Source: the human T2T-CHM13v2.0 reference genome, Homo sapiens | NCBI RefSeq assembly: GCF_009914755.1 | Contig: NC_060934.1 | DNA length: 64,000 nucleotides | Reading direction: 5' to 3' (one strand) | Shown: positions 15,494 through 27,460 of the stretch, one piece after another | Position numbering within the stretch: the stretch's first letter is position 1 | Layout: each line of letters starts with the position of its first letter | Translations under genes and position numbers: made by a program | Notes under the pieces: model-generated | Told to the model about the DNA's origin: nothing | Database searches by the model: none | The model's input: the letters and a program-made list of their open reading frames with translations, nothing else

Positions 15494-18274
15494 TGATACG
15501 GATTGGCTCTGTGTCCCCACCCAAATCTCATGTTGAATTGTAATCTCCAATGTTGGGGGAGGAGTCTGGTGGGAGGTGATTGGATCATGGAGGTGGATTT
15601 TCCCCTTGCTGTTCTTGTTATAGTGAGTGAGTTCTCATGAGATCTGGTTGTTTGAAAGTGTGTGGCACTTTTCTTTCTCTCTCCTTCCAGTCATATGAAG
15701 ATGTGCCTGCTTCCCCTTCACCTTCTGCCATGTTTGTAAGTTTCCTGAGGCCTCCCCAGAAGCAGAACCCTGTATAGCCCTCAGAATCATGAGCTGATTA
15801 AATCTCTTTTTAAATAAATTACCCAATCTCAAGTAGTTCTTTATAGCTGTGTGAAAATGGACCAATACAGAAAATTGGTATCAGAGAAGTGGGGCATTGC
15901 TATAAAGATACCTGAAAATGTGGAAATGACTTTAGGACTGGGGATCAGGCAGAGGTTGGAACAGTTTGGAGGGCTCAGAAGAAGATAGGAAGGTGAGGGA
16001 AAGCTTGGAACTTCCTAGAGACTTGTAGAACTGTTGTGGCCAAAATGCTGGTAATGATATCGACAGTGAAGTCCAGGCTGAGGTCTCAGATACAGATGAT
16101 GAACTTATTGGGAACTGGAGTAAAAGCCACTCTTGCTATGGTTTAGCAAAGAGACTGACGGTATTGTGCCCCTGCTCTAGGGATCTGTTGAACTTTGAAC
16201 TTGAGAGAGATGATTTAGGGTATTGAGCAGACAAAATTTCTAAGCAGCAAAGCATTCAAGACATGGCCTGGCTGCTTGTAACAGTGTATGCTCATATATG
16301 TTTGCAAAAAGATGATCTGAAATTGGAACTTATATTTAAAAGGGAAGAAGAGCATAAAAGTTGGAAAATTTGCAGTGCGGCCATGTGGTAGAAAAGAAAA
16401 GCCCATTTTCTGTGGAGGAATTCAAGCCAGCTGCAGAAATTTGCATAAGTAAAGAGGAGCCAAATGTTAATAGCAAAGACAATGGGGAAAATGCCTCCAA
16501 GGCATTTCAGAGACCTTTGTGGCAGCCCCTCCCACCTAGACCTCCTGGAGGCCTAGGAGGGAAAAATGGTTTTGTAGGCCAGGCCCAGGACCCCACTGCT
16601 CTGTGCAGCCTTGGGACATTGTGCCCTGCTTCCCAGCTGCTCCAGCTCCAGCCCTGGCTAAAAGGGGCCAAGGTACAGCTCAGGCTGTTGCTCCACAGGG
16701 TGCAAACCAGAAGCCTTGGTGGCTTCTATGTGGTGTTAAGCCTGAGAATGTGCAGAGGTTGAGTTGAAGCGTGGGAGCTGTATTAGTCCATTTTCACACT
16801 ACTGATAAAGAGTAGTATGAGACTGGAGACTGGGCAATTTACAAAAGAAAGAGGTTTAATGGACTTACAGTTCCATGTGGCTGGTGAGGCCTCATGATCA
16901 TGGCAGAAGGCAGGGAGGAGCAAGTCATATCTTACATGGATGGCAGCAGGCAAAGAGAGAGTTTGTGCAGAGAAACTCCCGTTTTTAAAGCCATCAGATC
17001 TCATGAGACTTATTCATTATCGTGAGAACAGTGCAAGAAAGACCTGCTCCCATAATTCAATCACCTCCTGCCTAGTTCCTCCCATGACATGTGGGAATTG
17101 TGGGAGTTACAATTAACATGAGATTTGGGTGTGGACACAGCCAAACCATATCAGGAACCTCTGCCTAGATTTCAGAGGATGTATAAAAATGCCTGAATGT
17201 CCAGGCAGAAGTCTGCTGCAGGGGCAGAGCCCTCATGGAGCACTTCCACTAGGGCAGTGCAAAGGGGAAATATGGGGTTGGAGCTCCCACACAGAGTTAC
17301 CACTGGGGAACTGCCTGGTGAAGGTGTGAAAAGAGGGCCACCATCCTCCAGACCCCAGAATGTTAGATTCACTGACAGCTTTCACTGTGCACCTGGAAAA
17401 ACCACAGGCACTCAATGCCAGATCATGAAAGCAGCCTCAGGGACTGTACCCTCCAGAGCCACAGGGGCAGAGGTGTGTAAGGCCTTGGGAGCCCACCTTT
17501 TCTGTCAGTGTGGCTTTGATATGAAACATGGAGTCAAAGGAGATTAGTTTGGAGCTTTAAGATTTAATGATTGCCTTGTTGGGTTTTGGACTTGCATGGG
17601 GCCTGCAGTCCCTTTGTTTTGGCCAATTCCTCCCTTTTGGAATGGGAGCATTTACCCAATGCCTGTATCCCCATTGTATCTTAGAAGTACCTTGTTTTGA
17701 TTTTACAGAATTATAGGCAGAAGGGACTTGTCTTGTCTCAAATGAGACTTTGGACTTGGACTTTTGAGTTAATGCTGGAATGAGTTCAGACTTTGGGTGA
17801 CTGTTGGGATGGCATGATTGTGTTTTGAAATGTGAGAAGAACATGAAATCTGGGAGTGTCTAGGGGCAGAATGATATGGTTTGGCTCTGCACCCCCACCC
17901 AAATCTCATGCTGAATTGTAATCCCCAGTGTTGGGGGAGAAACCTGGTGGGAGGTGATTGGATCATGGGGGCAGATTTCCCTCTTGCTGTACCTGTGATA
18001 GTGAGTGAATTCTCATGAGATCTGGTTGTTTGAAAGTGTGTAGCACTTCTCTCTCTTTCTCTCTTTCTTGCTTTCTCTTTCTCTCTTCTGCCAGCCATGT
18101 GAAGATGTGCCTGCTTTCCCTTTGCCTTCCACCATGATTGTAAGTTTCTTGAGGCCTCTCCAGAAGCAGAAGCCTCTGCAGCCCACAGAACCACGAGACA
18201 ATTAAACCTATTTTCTTTATAACTTACCCAGTCTCAGATATGTCTTTATAGCAGTGTGAGAATGGACTAATACA
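15494..18274 (+). mobile_element. Complete ERVL-MaLR provirus (MSTA/THE1D-type LTR-internal-LTR)
   Basis: 5' LTR 15494-15869 and 3' LTR 17872-18274, both TG...CA; MaLR internal region; perfect 5-bp TSD CCAGC at 15489-15493 and 18275-18279. Confidence 0.93.
16779..17153 (-). mobile_element. THE1 (THE1B/C-like) solo LTR nested in the MaLR internal region
   Basis: tgtattagtcc...gacacagccaaaccatatca; TSD ggagc/ggaac at 16774-16778 and 17154-17158. Confidence 0.9.
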
Positions 18275-18279
18275 CCAGC

Positions 18280-18620
18280 ACTCAAAGAAAATCTCAGAAA
18301 GTTCCCAGAAGTAGAAACTGACCAGGCCACATTCTCTAATTAGGACCCAATAAACTGGAAATTATGGATACACCTTTGAACAAACAAAAAACTCTTCCAA
18401 CATACTAATCAGAACATTAAAAGTCACTTTCTTAAATAAAAATTATCAAAGAGAAAATAAAATATAATTAAACATGGAAATAAAGAAAATAATTAAAATA
18501 AGACTTTTATGCATAAAAATGTCAGTTTATCCCCAAGCAGAAAGCAAAAGTAAATTAACACCCTTGCAATTTTCATTAACTAACAAGAAAGAAGAAATGA
18601 GGTACAAATAGAAGACATTA
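18280..18620 (+). mobile_element. Degenerate old L1 ORF2 (endonuclease region) fragment; continues at about 15370-15490 on the other side of the MaLR
   Basis: aaagaaaatctcagaaagttcc..aagtagaa..caggccacattctct..ataaactggaaat resembles the L1 ORF2 endonuclease end. Confidence 0.5.
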
Positions 18621-19238
18621 AAAAAAAAACTCTAACACAAAAATATATATTATTCTACAACTTATTTCCCCCATCCCCTCCCCACCACTTAACATTTTAT
18701 AAATACTTTTCCTTTTTAGGACATATGGATATCTTTTATTTCTTTTATTAAAAGCAGAACATTCTATAGAATATAGTACTATAAATTATTTAAACCATCC
18801 TCAAAATGTACATTTAGGTTATTTCCATGTTTCTTCAATTACAAGTAGTGCTTCAGTGGGCATCCTGTTAGATATTTTTTTGCAACGTGCAAGTATTTAA
18901 ATAGAAAACATCTCTAGCTTTGTAATTGCTGGGTCTAATGATGTATTCATTCAAAATATTAATAGCTATTGTAAATTTCTCTACAAAGGTGATATTGACT
19001 TAAATTCCTCTCATCACTGTATGAATGTTCATGTTCCTTTATACTGTCACCAACAAAAGATAGTCTCAATTTTTTGCCAACTGGTAGATAGTAAAGTGCC
19101 AATATATTTTTGTTTTTATTGCATTTTTCCTAATTAACTTGTATGGCTGAACATTTTAAACCAGTTAAATTCCTTCTATGAATACCTTGCCCATATCATT
19201 TACATGCCTTTGTCCCTTATTTTTTAAATTAAATTTAA

Positions 19239-19536
19239 TTTTTTTATTTTTTATTTTTTGAGATGGAGTCTCGTTCTGTAGCCAGGTTGGAGTGCAGTGG
19301 TGTGATCTTGGCTCACTGCAACCTCTGATTCCCTGGTTCAAGCGATTCTCCTGCCTCAGCCTCCTGAGTAGCTGGGATTACAGGCATATGCCACCATGCC
19401 CAGCTTTTTTGTATTTTTAGTAGAGATGGGGTTTCACCATGTTGGCCAGGATGGTCTTCATCTCCTGACCTCGTGATCCACCCACCTTGGCTTCCCAAAA
19501 TGCTGGGATTACAGGCATGAGCCACCATGCCTGGCC
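19239..19536 (-). mobile_element. AluS
   Basis: Full Alu dimer ending gccaccatgcctggcc. Confidence 0.94.
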
Positions 19537-19547
19537 TTTTCAATATG

Positions 19548-19838
19548 TTTTTGAGACTTAGTCTCACTCTGTTGCCCAGGCAGAGGTGCAGTGGCTCACA
19601 ATCTTGGCTCACTGTAGCCTCAACCTCTGGGGCTCAAGCAGTCCTCCCATCACAACCTCACCAGTAGCTGGGACTGCAGGTGTGTGCCACCATGCCTGGC
19701 TAATATATTTTTTAGTTTTTGCAGAGACAAGGTCTCACTATATTGCCCAGCTGGTCTTGAACTCCTGGGCTCAAGCTATCCTCTTGCCTCAGCCTCCTGA
19801 AGTGCAGGGATTACAGATGTGAACCACTGTGCCCAGCC
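19548..19838 (-). mobile_element. AluJ
   Basis: ctcactgtagcctcaacctc and gggctcaagc old-subfamily positions. Confidence 0.9.
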
Positions 19839-20204
19839 TGTCTTTTTCTTATTTACTTGTAATGGTGCCTTATGTAGAATAGATTTTAGCTCATTGTTGG
19901 TAATATATGTAGATAGAGTGCCTTTTGCCATTTAGAAGTTTATGTGACCAAATCCATTGTTTTATTCTAATGAAGTTTTATCTATTTTGAGTATTATTTA
20001 TTTTGAGAGGAACTTCCCTACACCAAGCAATGTAAATGTTTTCCTTTCTGTTTTGTACATATTTTTAATTTTAAAAACATTTAGATTAATCCCCCTAGAA
20101 TTAATATATGTGTATTACGTGAATGAGTGAAATGAATTTTATTGTATTTTCCCATAGGAAAGCTGACTTTCTGTGTAGTAAAAGAAATCATAAAGAAAAG
20201 GTCA

Positions 20205-20525
<321 letters not shown>

Positions 20526-22009
20526 TTAAAACTTGTATACCTCAGAAATAACAAGCCAAATTAAGAGTGTCAATCATAAGAGTGAAAAAAAAATCTGCCA
20601 CAAACATGGGAGTTAATGTCTTTAGCAATCAGAAAAAGCAAACTAATAAAAGTGAAATAAATTATGCCTTACTGAGCTCCAGTGATGGGACTAGGGGCGG
20701 GGAGGGTGTTGGTCTCAAACAGGAGATAGTCTGGGCCTTCTGGCGGGGGGACTCCAAGACAGGGGCTGGAAGCCTAATGCTGTGTGTCCAACCTGGCCAA
20801 TGAGTCTCTCTTTTGTGTCCCTTGGATTCTGAGCAACGCAAATGTGTGTGGTGGTGCACTGTGCTGAGCACTTTGTCCCTGGGGCATAGTGAGATTTTAA
20901 AGGATTCTCTATGGGATCTGAAGAAACAAGGTGAGTGGATAAGGAGGTTAGTGAAAAGCATGAGTCTGAAATGCTTTTGCTGCTCATGTGAAAAGATCCT
21001 GCAAAATAACCTAGCTCTGGGTGGTGTCATCTCACACGGGGAGCACTTATCCTGAGTGCATAGGACTGTCCCCCAAAGCTGTCCTGAGGCACCCTGTGGG
21101 TCAGCTCAGGGCCTCCTCCTGGCTGGTTGTCCTGCAGACCCCCATCTCACAGGCTTGGACCCCACAAGTCAAGTGGGGCTCATCCCCATCCCTCCTTAGG
21201 CTCAGAAATTACCTTTGTACCTAAGTTTGGTGCTCACAAAGCTGTGCAGAACACCCCATCGGTACATTCCCAAGCTTGTCTCCCAAAGGGTCCCCAGGTG
21301 AGTCACCCATTGTTGTGCCCTGGTGAGTCATATTTCCCTGGTGGGACCAGTTCTCTTCTGAACCCCAGTCCGACCTTGCAGTCCCCACTCCTTGGGGCCC
21401 CTGCTGCATAGGACCTTCCGCCATGCCCTCCATTAGACTCTCAGCACTGCCGGCTCCTGGCCTTAGCCCTGCCCCCAGGTTTGTCACTAGAGATGGATAG
21501 CAGCTCCAGTGGGGGCTTGAGTCCTCTCCAGTGAGGTGGGTGAGGCTGCTGGCCAGGCCTGAGCAGGGTGGACCCTTAGTTCCAGGCCTGGCCACTTGAA
21601 AGGCTTTGTTTGTCCCCAGGGCAGGCCACCTGGAGTCCAGAGTCACACTGAGTATGTGGTTGGGGCCAAGGGCTGAACACCAAGGGCAGGGAAGGATGGA
21701 AGGGGCAGCAAGTGCAGGCACCCTTCCCCTGGGCATCATAGGGTCTTGGCTCCAGATTTGCAGAAGGCCCCAGAACCCCCAGAATTCCAAGAATGGGCCT
21801 GGTGGGAGGGCGACAAAGAACTTGACTCAGACGATGATAAATGAAAGATGATGAGAACAGTCCTCTTGGCTCAAAAGCAAAATTCACATTTCTGATTATG
21901 ACTTTGCAAGTACCAGCATTTTAGTGGTTCTCAAACAAATTCATTTAAAGAAATTTGTTGAGCACCTACCCTCTGCCCTGCAGATAGCAGTGAACAAAAC
22001 AGCAATTAG

Positions 22010-22185
22010 ATAGACAACAGAGACTTGGAAGGGTGAGAAGTGGGACAGGGTGGAAGATGAAAAATTACTTAATGGGTGCAATGCATGTTATTCGGGTGCT
22101 GGCTACCCTAAAAGCCCTGGCTTGATCACAATGCAATTAATGCATGTAACAATTGCACTCGAACCCCATACATTTATACAAAAAC
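22010..22185 (+). mobile_element. L1MA-type 3' end
   Basis: gatgaaaaattacttaatgggtgcaatg...ctaaaagccct...catgtaaca..ttgcact..acccc. Confidence 0.7.
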
Positions 22186-22612
22186 CCCCAGTCCTCACTG
22201 AGTCTCAGTATCCCCCCCAGTGTGGCTGTCTGTCCCCAAAGATCACCAACCCCGTCACTCACCCAGGCGGGCGGCGGGCAGCATGGCCTGCAGGTGCCAG
22301 AGACACCGGCCACCAATACCCACAGCTCCCTGCCCCCTCCCGTGGGTCTGCCTGGCATCTCAGAAGGGACCCGTGGAACCTTCTGGCTAGAAAGCAAACC
22401 AGCTCCTTTCTTCTAGCTTCCAAACATTCGTTTAAAGAAGTTGGACATACTCATGAATTTATTTCAGAAAATTTAGATAAGCACAAAAAGGAATACATAG
22501 AACTTACCTATAATACCACCACTCAGAGGTAAGGATAGTGCATATCACGGCAACTATACCAGTTACTTCCACATACTATACAATACTAGAAATAAAAATT
22601 ACCTCCTGGAAT

Positions 22613-22613
<1 letters not shown>

Positions 22614-22646
<33 letters not shown>
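22614..22646. repeat. (CA)n microsatellite
   Basis: About 16 CA units. Confidence 0.95.
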
Positions 22647-22648
<2 letters not shown>

Positions 22649-22989
22649 ATTTATATGACAAAGTTGGGATCATACAATTCATGTTATTGTTTAGCTTGCT
22701 TCTTTCATGTAACAGTCCAGCGGAGGATAATTTACATCCATGGTCCTCTGTGGCATTTCTAATGCCGCTTTATTGTGCCCCTGAACACCTTGGGTATCCA
22801 TCAAAGCCCTTCTCACAGTGCAGCAGAGTTTTTCACAAGTGCATATTTGCCCCCAGGCTGTGAGTACAGTGAGGACTGATTCCACATGCTAGTTACATCC
22901 CCTGCCCTTAGTACAATGTCTACTATGTACTAATAATATTGATAACCAACAATTATTGAGCAGTTAGTGTGTGCTAGATTTTTAAAAGT

Positions 22990-24307
<1,318 letters not shown>

Positions 24308-24884
24308 TTAAGTTTATTTTTAAAGAGTGCCTTTCATGGATTCTCCCATTTAATTCTCACATAGTCCCGTGGGGCTCTATGTCCTTCTGCATTGAGGAAA
24401 TAGGGCACAGGGCTGAAGGGCTTTGCGCAAGCTCCTGGGGGAGCAGACTGCTGCGCTGGGCCTGAAACTGCAGCCCGGCCCCAGGACCTTCCCTCAAAGG
24501 GAAGTGCCCACGAATATTGAGGAGGTGGGCTCTTTGCTTGCAGACCAGTTCATCATACCACAGGCTGCCTGAGAGTCTGCGGCCCTGTCCCGTGCTGCCT
24601 GCGGAAGCCCGCAGGGCCCGCGTGGGAGGAGAGCCTGGGCTTGGAAGCCCCGCCAGCGAGGGCATGCCCTGCACAGAGGAGGGAGTGTGGAAAAGCGAGA
24701 ATGAAGCTGTTTTCCTTCCCAAATTAATATGGAACAAGGAGCAGCTTAATCACACTTTGGGTTCAGTGATGTCTCCAGTTGCCACAGTAATCAGAGGCGG
24801 CCTTTACAAATAGATTGCATTTGACCTTGTTGGTTTGATGGACGGGAGTGGAGTCCGGCCGCGGACGGCGTCCCTTCCAGGGCC

Positions 24885-24902
24885 GGCCGCCAGAGGGCGA
24901 GC
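24885..24902 (+). promoter_or_regulatory. CTCF-binding motif (forward)
   Basis: GGCCGCCAGAGGGCGAGC matches the CTCF core CC(A/G)C(C/T)AG(A/G)(G/T)GGC(A/G). Confidence 0.7.
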
Positions 24903-24912
24903 GCGCCTTCCC

Positions 24913-24988
24913 GGGCGGGGCGGGGACGGGACGGGGACGGGGAGGGGACGGGACGGGGACGGGGAGGGGACGGGGACACGGACACGGG
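24913..24988 (+). repeat. G-rich (GGGAC/GGGGAC/GGGGA)n repeat, potential G-quadruplex
   Basis: More than 10 G3-G4 runs with 1-2 nt loops, including two copies of the 22-bp unit ggggacgggacggggacgggga. Confidence 0.85.
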
Positions 24989-26626
24989 AGGCTTCCGCTC
25001 GCCCGCGGGTGGCGTCTCTGCTCCCACTAGAGCGGGCCAGGCCTCTGGGTTCCGTTTCTCAAGCACACAGGGAGGGTGGCCGCGGGCCAGGGGCGGCCGC
25101 GAGACTCCACGTCCACGTCCCGGGCAGTCCCTCCGGAGGTTGGGCCGCGCGGCCCGGGGAGCGGAGCGCTGCGCTTCTCTGCGAGCACCCCGGGGCCTTT
25201 AGGCGCCCCCGTTTCCTCGTCAGTGGGGGGCGCGGTGCCGCTTCTCCGCGGGCTAAACTGCTGAGGAAGGGGCGAGTTCCTGCGGCCCCTGCCTGTCCCG
25301 GCCACGCCCCACCTCCGCCCCGCCGCGTTGCGCGTTCCCGCGGGGCCCCGGGCACCCCTGGGGCCCCGGGGATCTCTGACGCCCCCTTCCCTCCAACCCC
25401 CGCTGCGATCCCACAGGTGGGGTGAACAGCGCCCCTGCTGTCCCACGGGGCGTCTTCGCGGGTGATGCCCACACTCTCAGCCTGAAGAGCAGGACCTGTC
25501 CGCGGGTGGGGCCCACCCCCAGGCTTCCGGTGCCCGCGCGGCCTCCAGGGCGCCTCCCCCGGGCGCATCCTCCGGGCCTGGCAGGGAGCGCAGCCTGGGA
25601 GTCAGGGGCGACTGGAGCCCACCTGCTCAGCGCCCACCGCGGCGGCCCTGCCCTTTCCCCCGGGAGCAGCAGGGACAGCCTTGGAGCAGCAGCTCCCGCA
25701 GGGGGAGGAATGGCGCAGTGGCCCGAGGCTCTGGAGCTGGACCCCTGCTCGCCCGGGGCTACCTCGGGGAAGCGCAGAATTCGCACCTTTCTTCTCCAGC
25801 TCCACGCACCCCTCATGGAACCTTAGCGAGGCCCAGGGCAGGGGATGCTGCCAGGCCGCTGCCAGGCTCTGACGCGGTTGCGGATGCCTCGCCCGGTCTC
25901 TCCGGAGGTGGAGGAGTGGCACCCCTGGCTGTGCACTGCGGTGCACCGGTGTCTGCTCAGGGCATTCTCCACCTTGCCCTCCATCCCCTCAGGGTCAAGT
26001 GAGCAGGGAGACAAATATCCCACCTTCAGAAACAGCCCTGAGAAACGTTTATTTCCAGGGGACAGTGCGATTAGACCTCTCCCGGCGCGGTGTATTTCTG
26101 TGCTTAATATTATTATTTATACATCAATATTGACATCCAGCGTCCATTGATACGTGGCATGCGTAGGTGCTAAGAAGCGCCAGCTACATAGCATGCTTTA
26201 TTTATGTGCGGTAAATATTTAAAGACTCCCATGTGTTTCGATTGGAAAGTGCGTATTACTGGACAATTTCGTTTCAAAGCTTTCTCTCTGATGTAAGGTT
26301 TATTAAGATGTATGAGGTGGCTGCGGTGGCCTGATTGAGAGCCCATGAAAGTCCTGAGAAATAAAATTCTGCTGCTGCGGCCCAGGGAGTCGGCCTTCCA
26401 CAGTCCCGTTTAGGAGCCGGGGCTCTTCTCCGTTATTAAGACGTGGTAGTTTGCTCTGCATGAATTACCAGCTGTTTGGTATTGCCTGAGAGGGACGGGG
26501 TGGCTAGTTTGAAAAGTCAGTTTGCAGGTTTTCCACGATGGCAGAGGTGCCACCTGTGTCACCAGCCGGCGGGGCTGGGAGTTCATCTAGCCCGGGCTAT
26601 GGACAAGGCCGTGTGCGTCCAGACGG

Positions 26627-26644
26627 GGCCGCCAGAGGGCGCGC
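26627..26644 (+). promoter_or_regulatory. CTCF-binding motif (forward) in a second small CpG-rich patch (about 26560-26740)
   Basis: GGCCGCCAGAGGGCGCGC; the first 15 bp are identical to 24885-24899. Confidence 0.75.
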
Positions 26645-26998
26645 GTCTGCGGCCGCGGGAGGCCCAGCGGGGCCTGAGAAGTGGGCGGAGCCAGCCCCGG
26701 CCGGAGGAGCTTCTTGCTTGCAGGTGTCAGCGGCAGCAATTTCAGGCAGGGTGGCCAGGCTGCTCCCCGAGGACAGCATCTTGGAGGAATTGCTTTCATT
26801 TCCTCCCAGCTAGTCCCTCTGCCCAGCACTTGCCGGCAGCTTCTTCCATGAGGGCGGAGTTCTGTCTGCAGCCCCAAGGGGCGTTCTTTGAGGCTGTAAC
26901 TAGCATCCAGGGAGAGATGGCTCACATCAGTGGAGGGTGCGAGGTGGAATCAGGTCGCTCATGACAGAGGCTGCATTCAAGCCAGAGCCCCACTGCTT

Positions 26999-27460
26999 TG
27001 CTGTGGGTTGAATTGCATCTCCCCTCCCACCCCTCTAAAGATATGTCCGAGTCCTAAGCCAGCACCTCAGAACGGGACCTTGTTTTGAGCAGGTTGTTTG
27101 CAAATTTAATTAGTTACGATGAGGTCATACGGGAGTAGAGTGGGTCCCTGGGTCCTTAACCCAATGGCTGGTGCCCTGATAAAAAGACAGCCCTGCAAAG
27201 ACACAGAGACACACAGGGAGAACGCTGTGTGACGGTGGAGGAAGAGACTGGAGTCGTGTGGCCACAAGACAGGGAGCTCCTGGTGCCACCAGGAGCTGGA
27301 AGAGGCAGGAAGCGTCCTCTCCTAGAGGCCTCAGAGGAAGCAAGGCCCTGCTGACGCCTTGGTTTTGGACTTCTATCTCCTAAGCTGTGAGACAATGAAT
27401 TTCTGTTTTAAGCCACCCAGTTTGTGGGACTTAGTTATGGTGCCCCAGGAGACAGGCACA
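26999..27460 (+). mobile_element. MLT1B/C-type MaLR solo LTR
   Basis: tgtgggttgaattg...gatgaggtcatac..gagtag..gtggg...ggacttct..cct..ctgtgagacaatgaatttctgttttaagccacccagtttgtgg. Confidence 0.85.

Larger units (their letters stand above)
18650..20200 (-). mobile_element. L1ME-type degenerate fragments interrupted by two Alus
   Basis: catttaggttatttcc, aattgctgggtc, aaattccttctatgaataccttgcccatatc. Confidence 0.5.
24845..25950. promoter_or_regulatory. CpG island (promoter- or enhancer-like; no associated coding exon recognised)
   Basis: About 1.1 kb of very GC- and CpG-rich non-repeat DNA; GC boxes gggcggggc at 24913 and gccacgcccc at 25301. Confidence 0.88.

Noticed and set aside
24835-26150. 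Multiple overlapping 130-196 aa ORFs on both strands of the CpG island
   Set aside because: Expected from stop-codon depletion in GC-rich DNA; low-complexity Gly/Pro/Arg/Ala products with no recognisable domain
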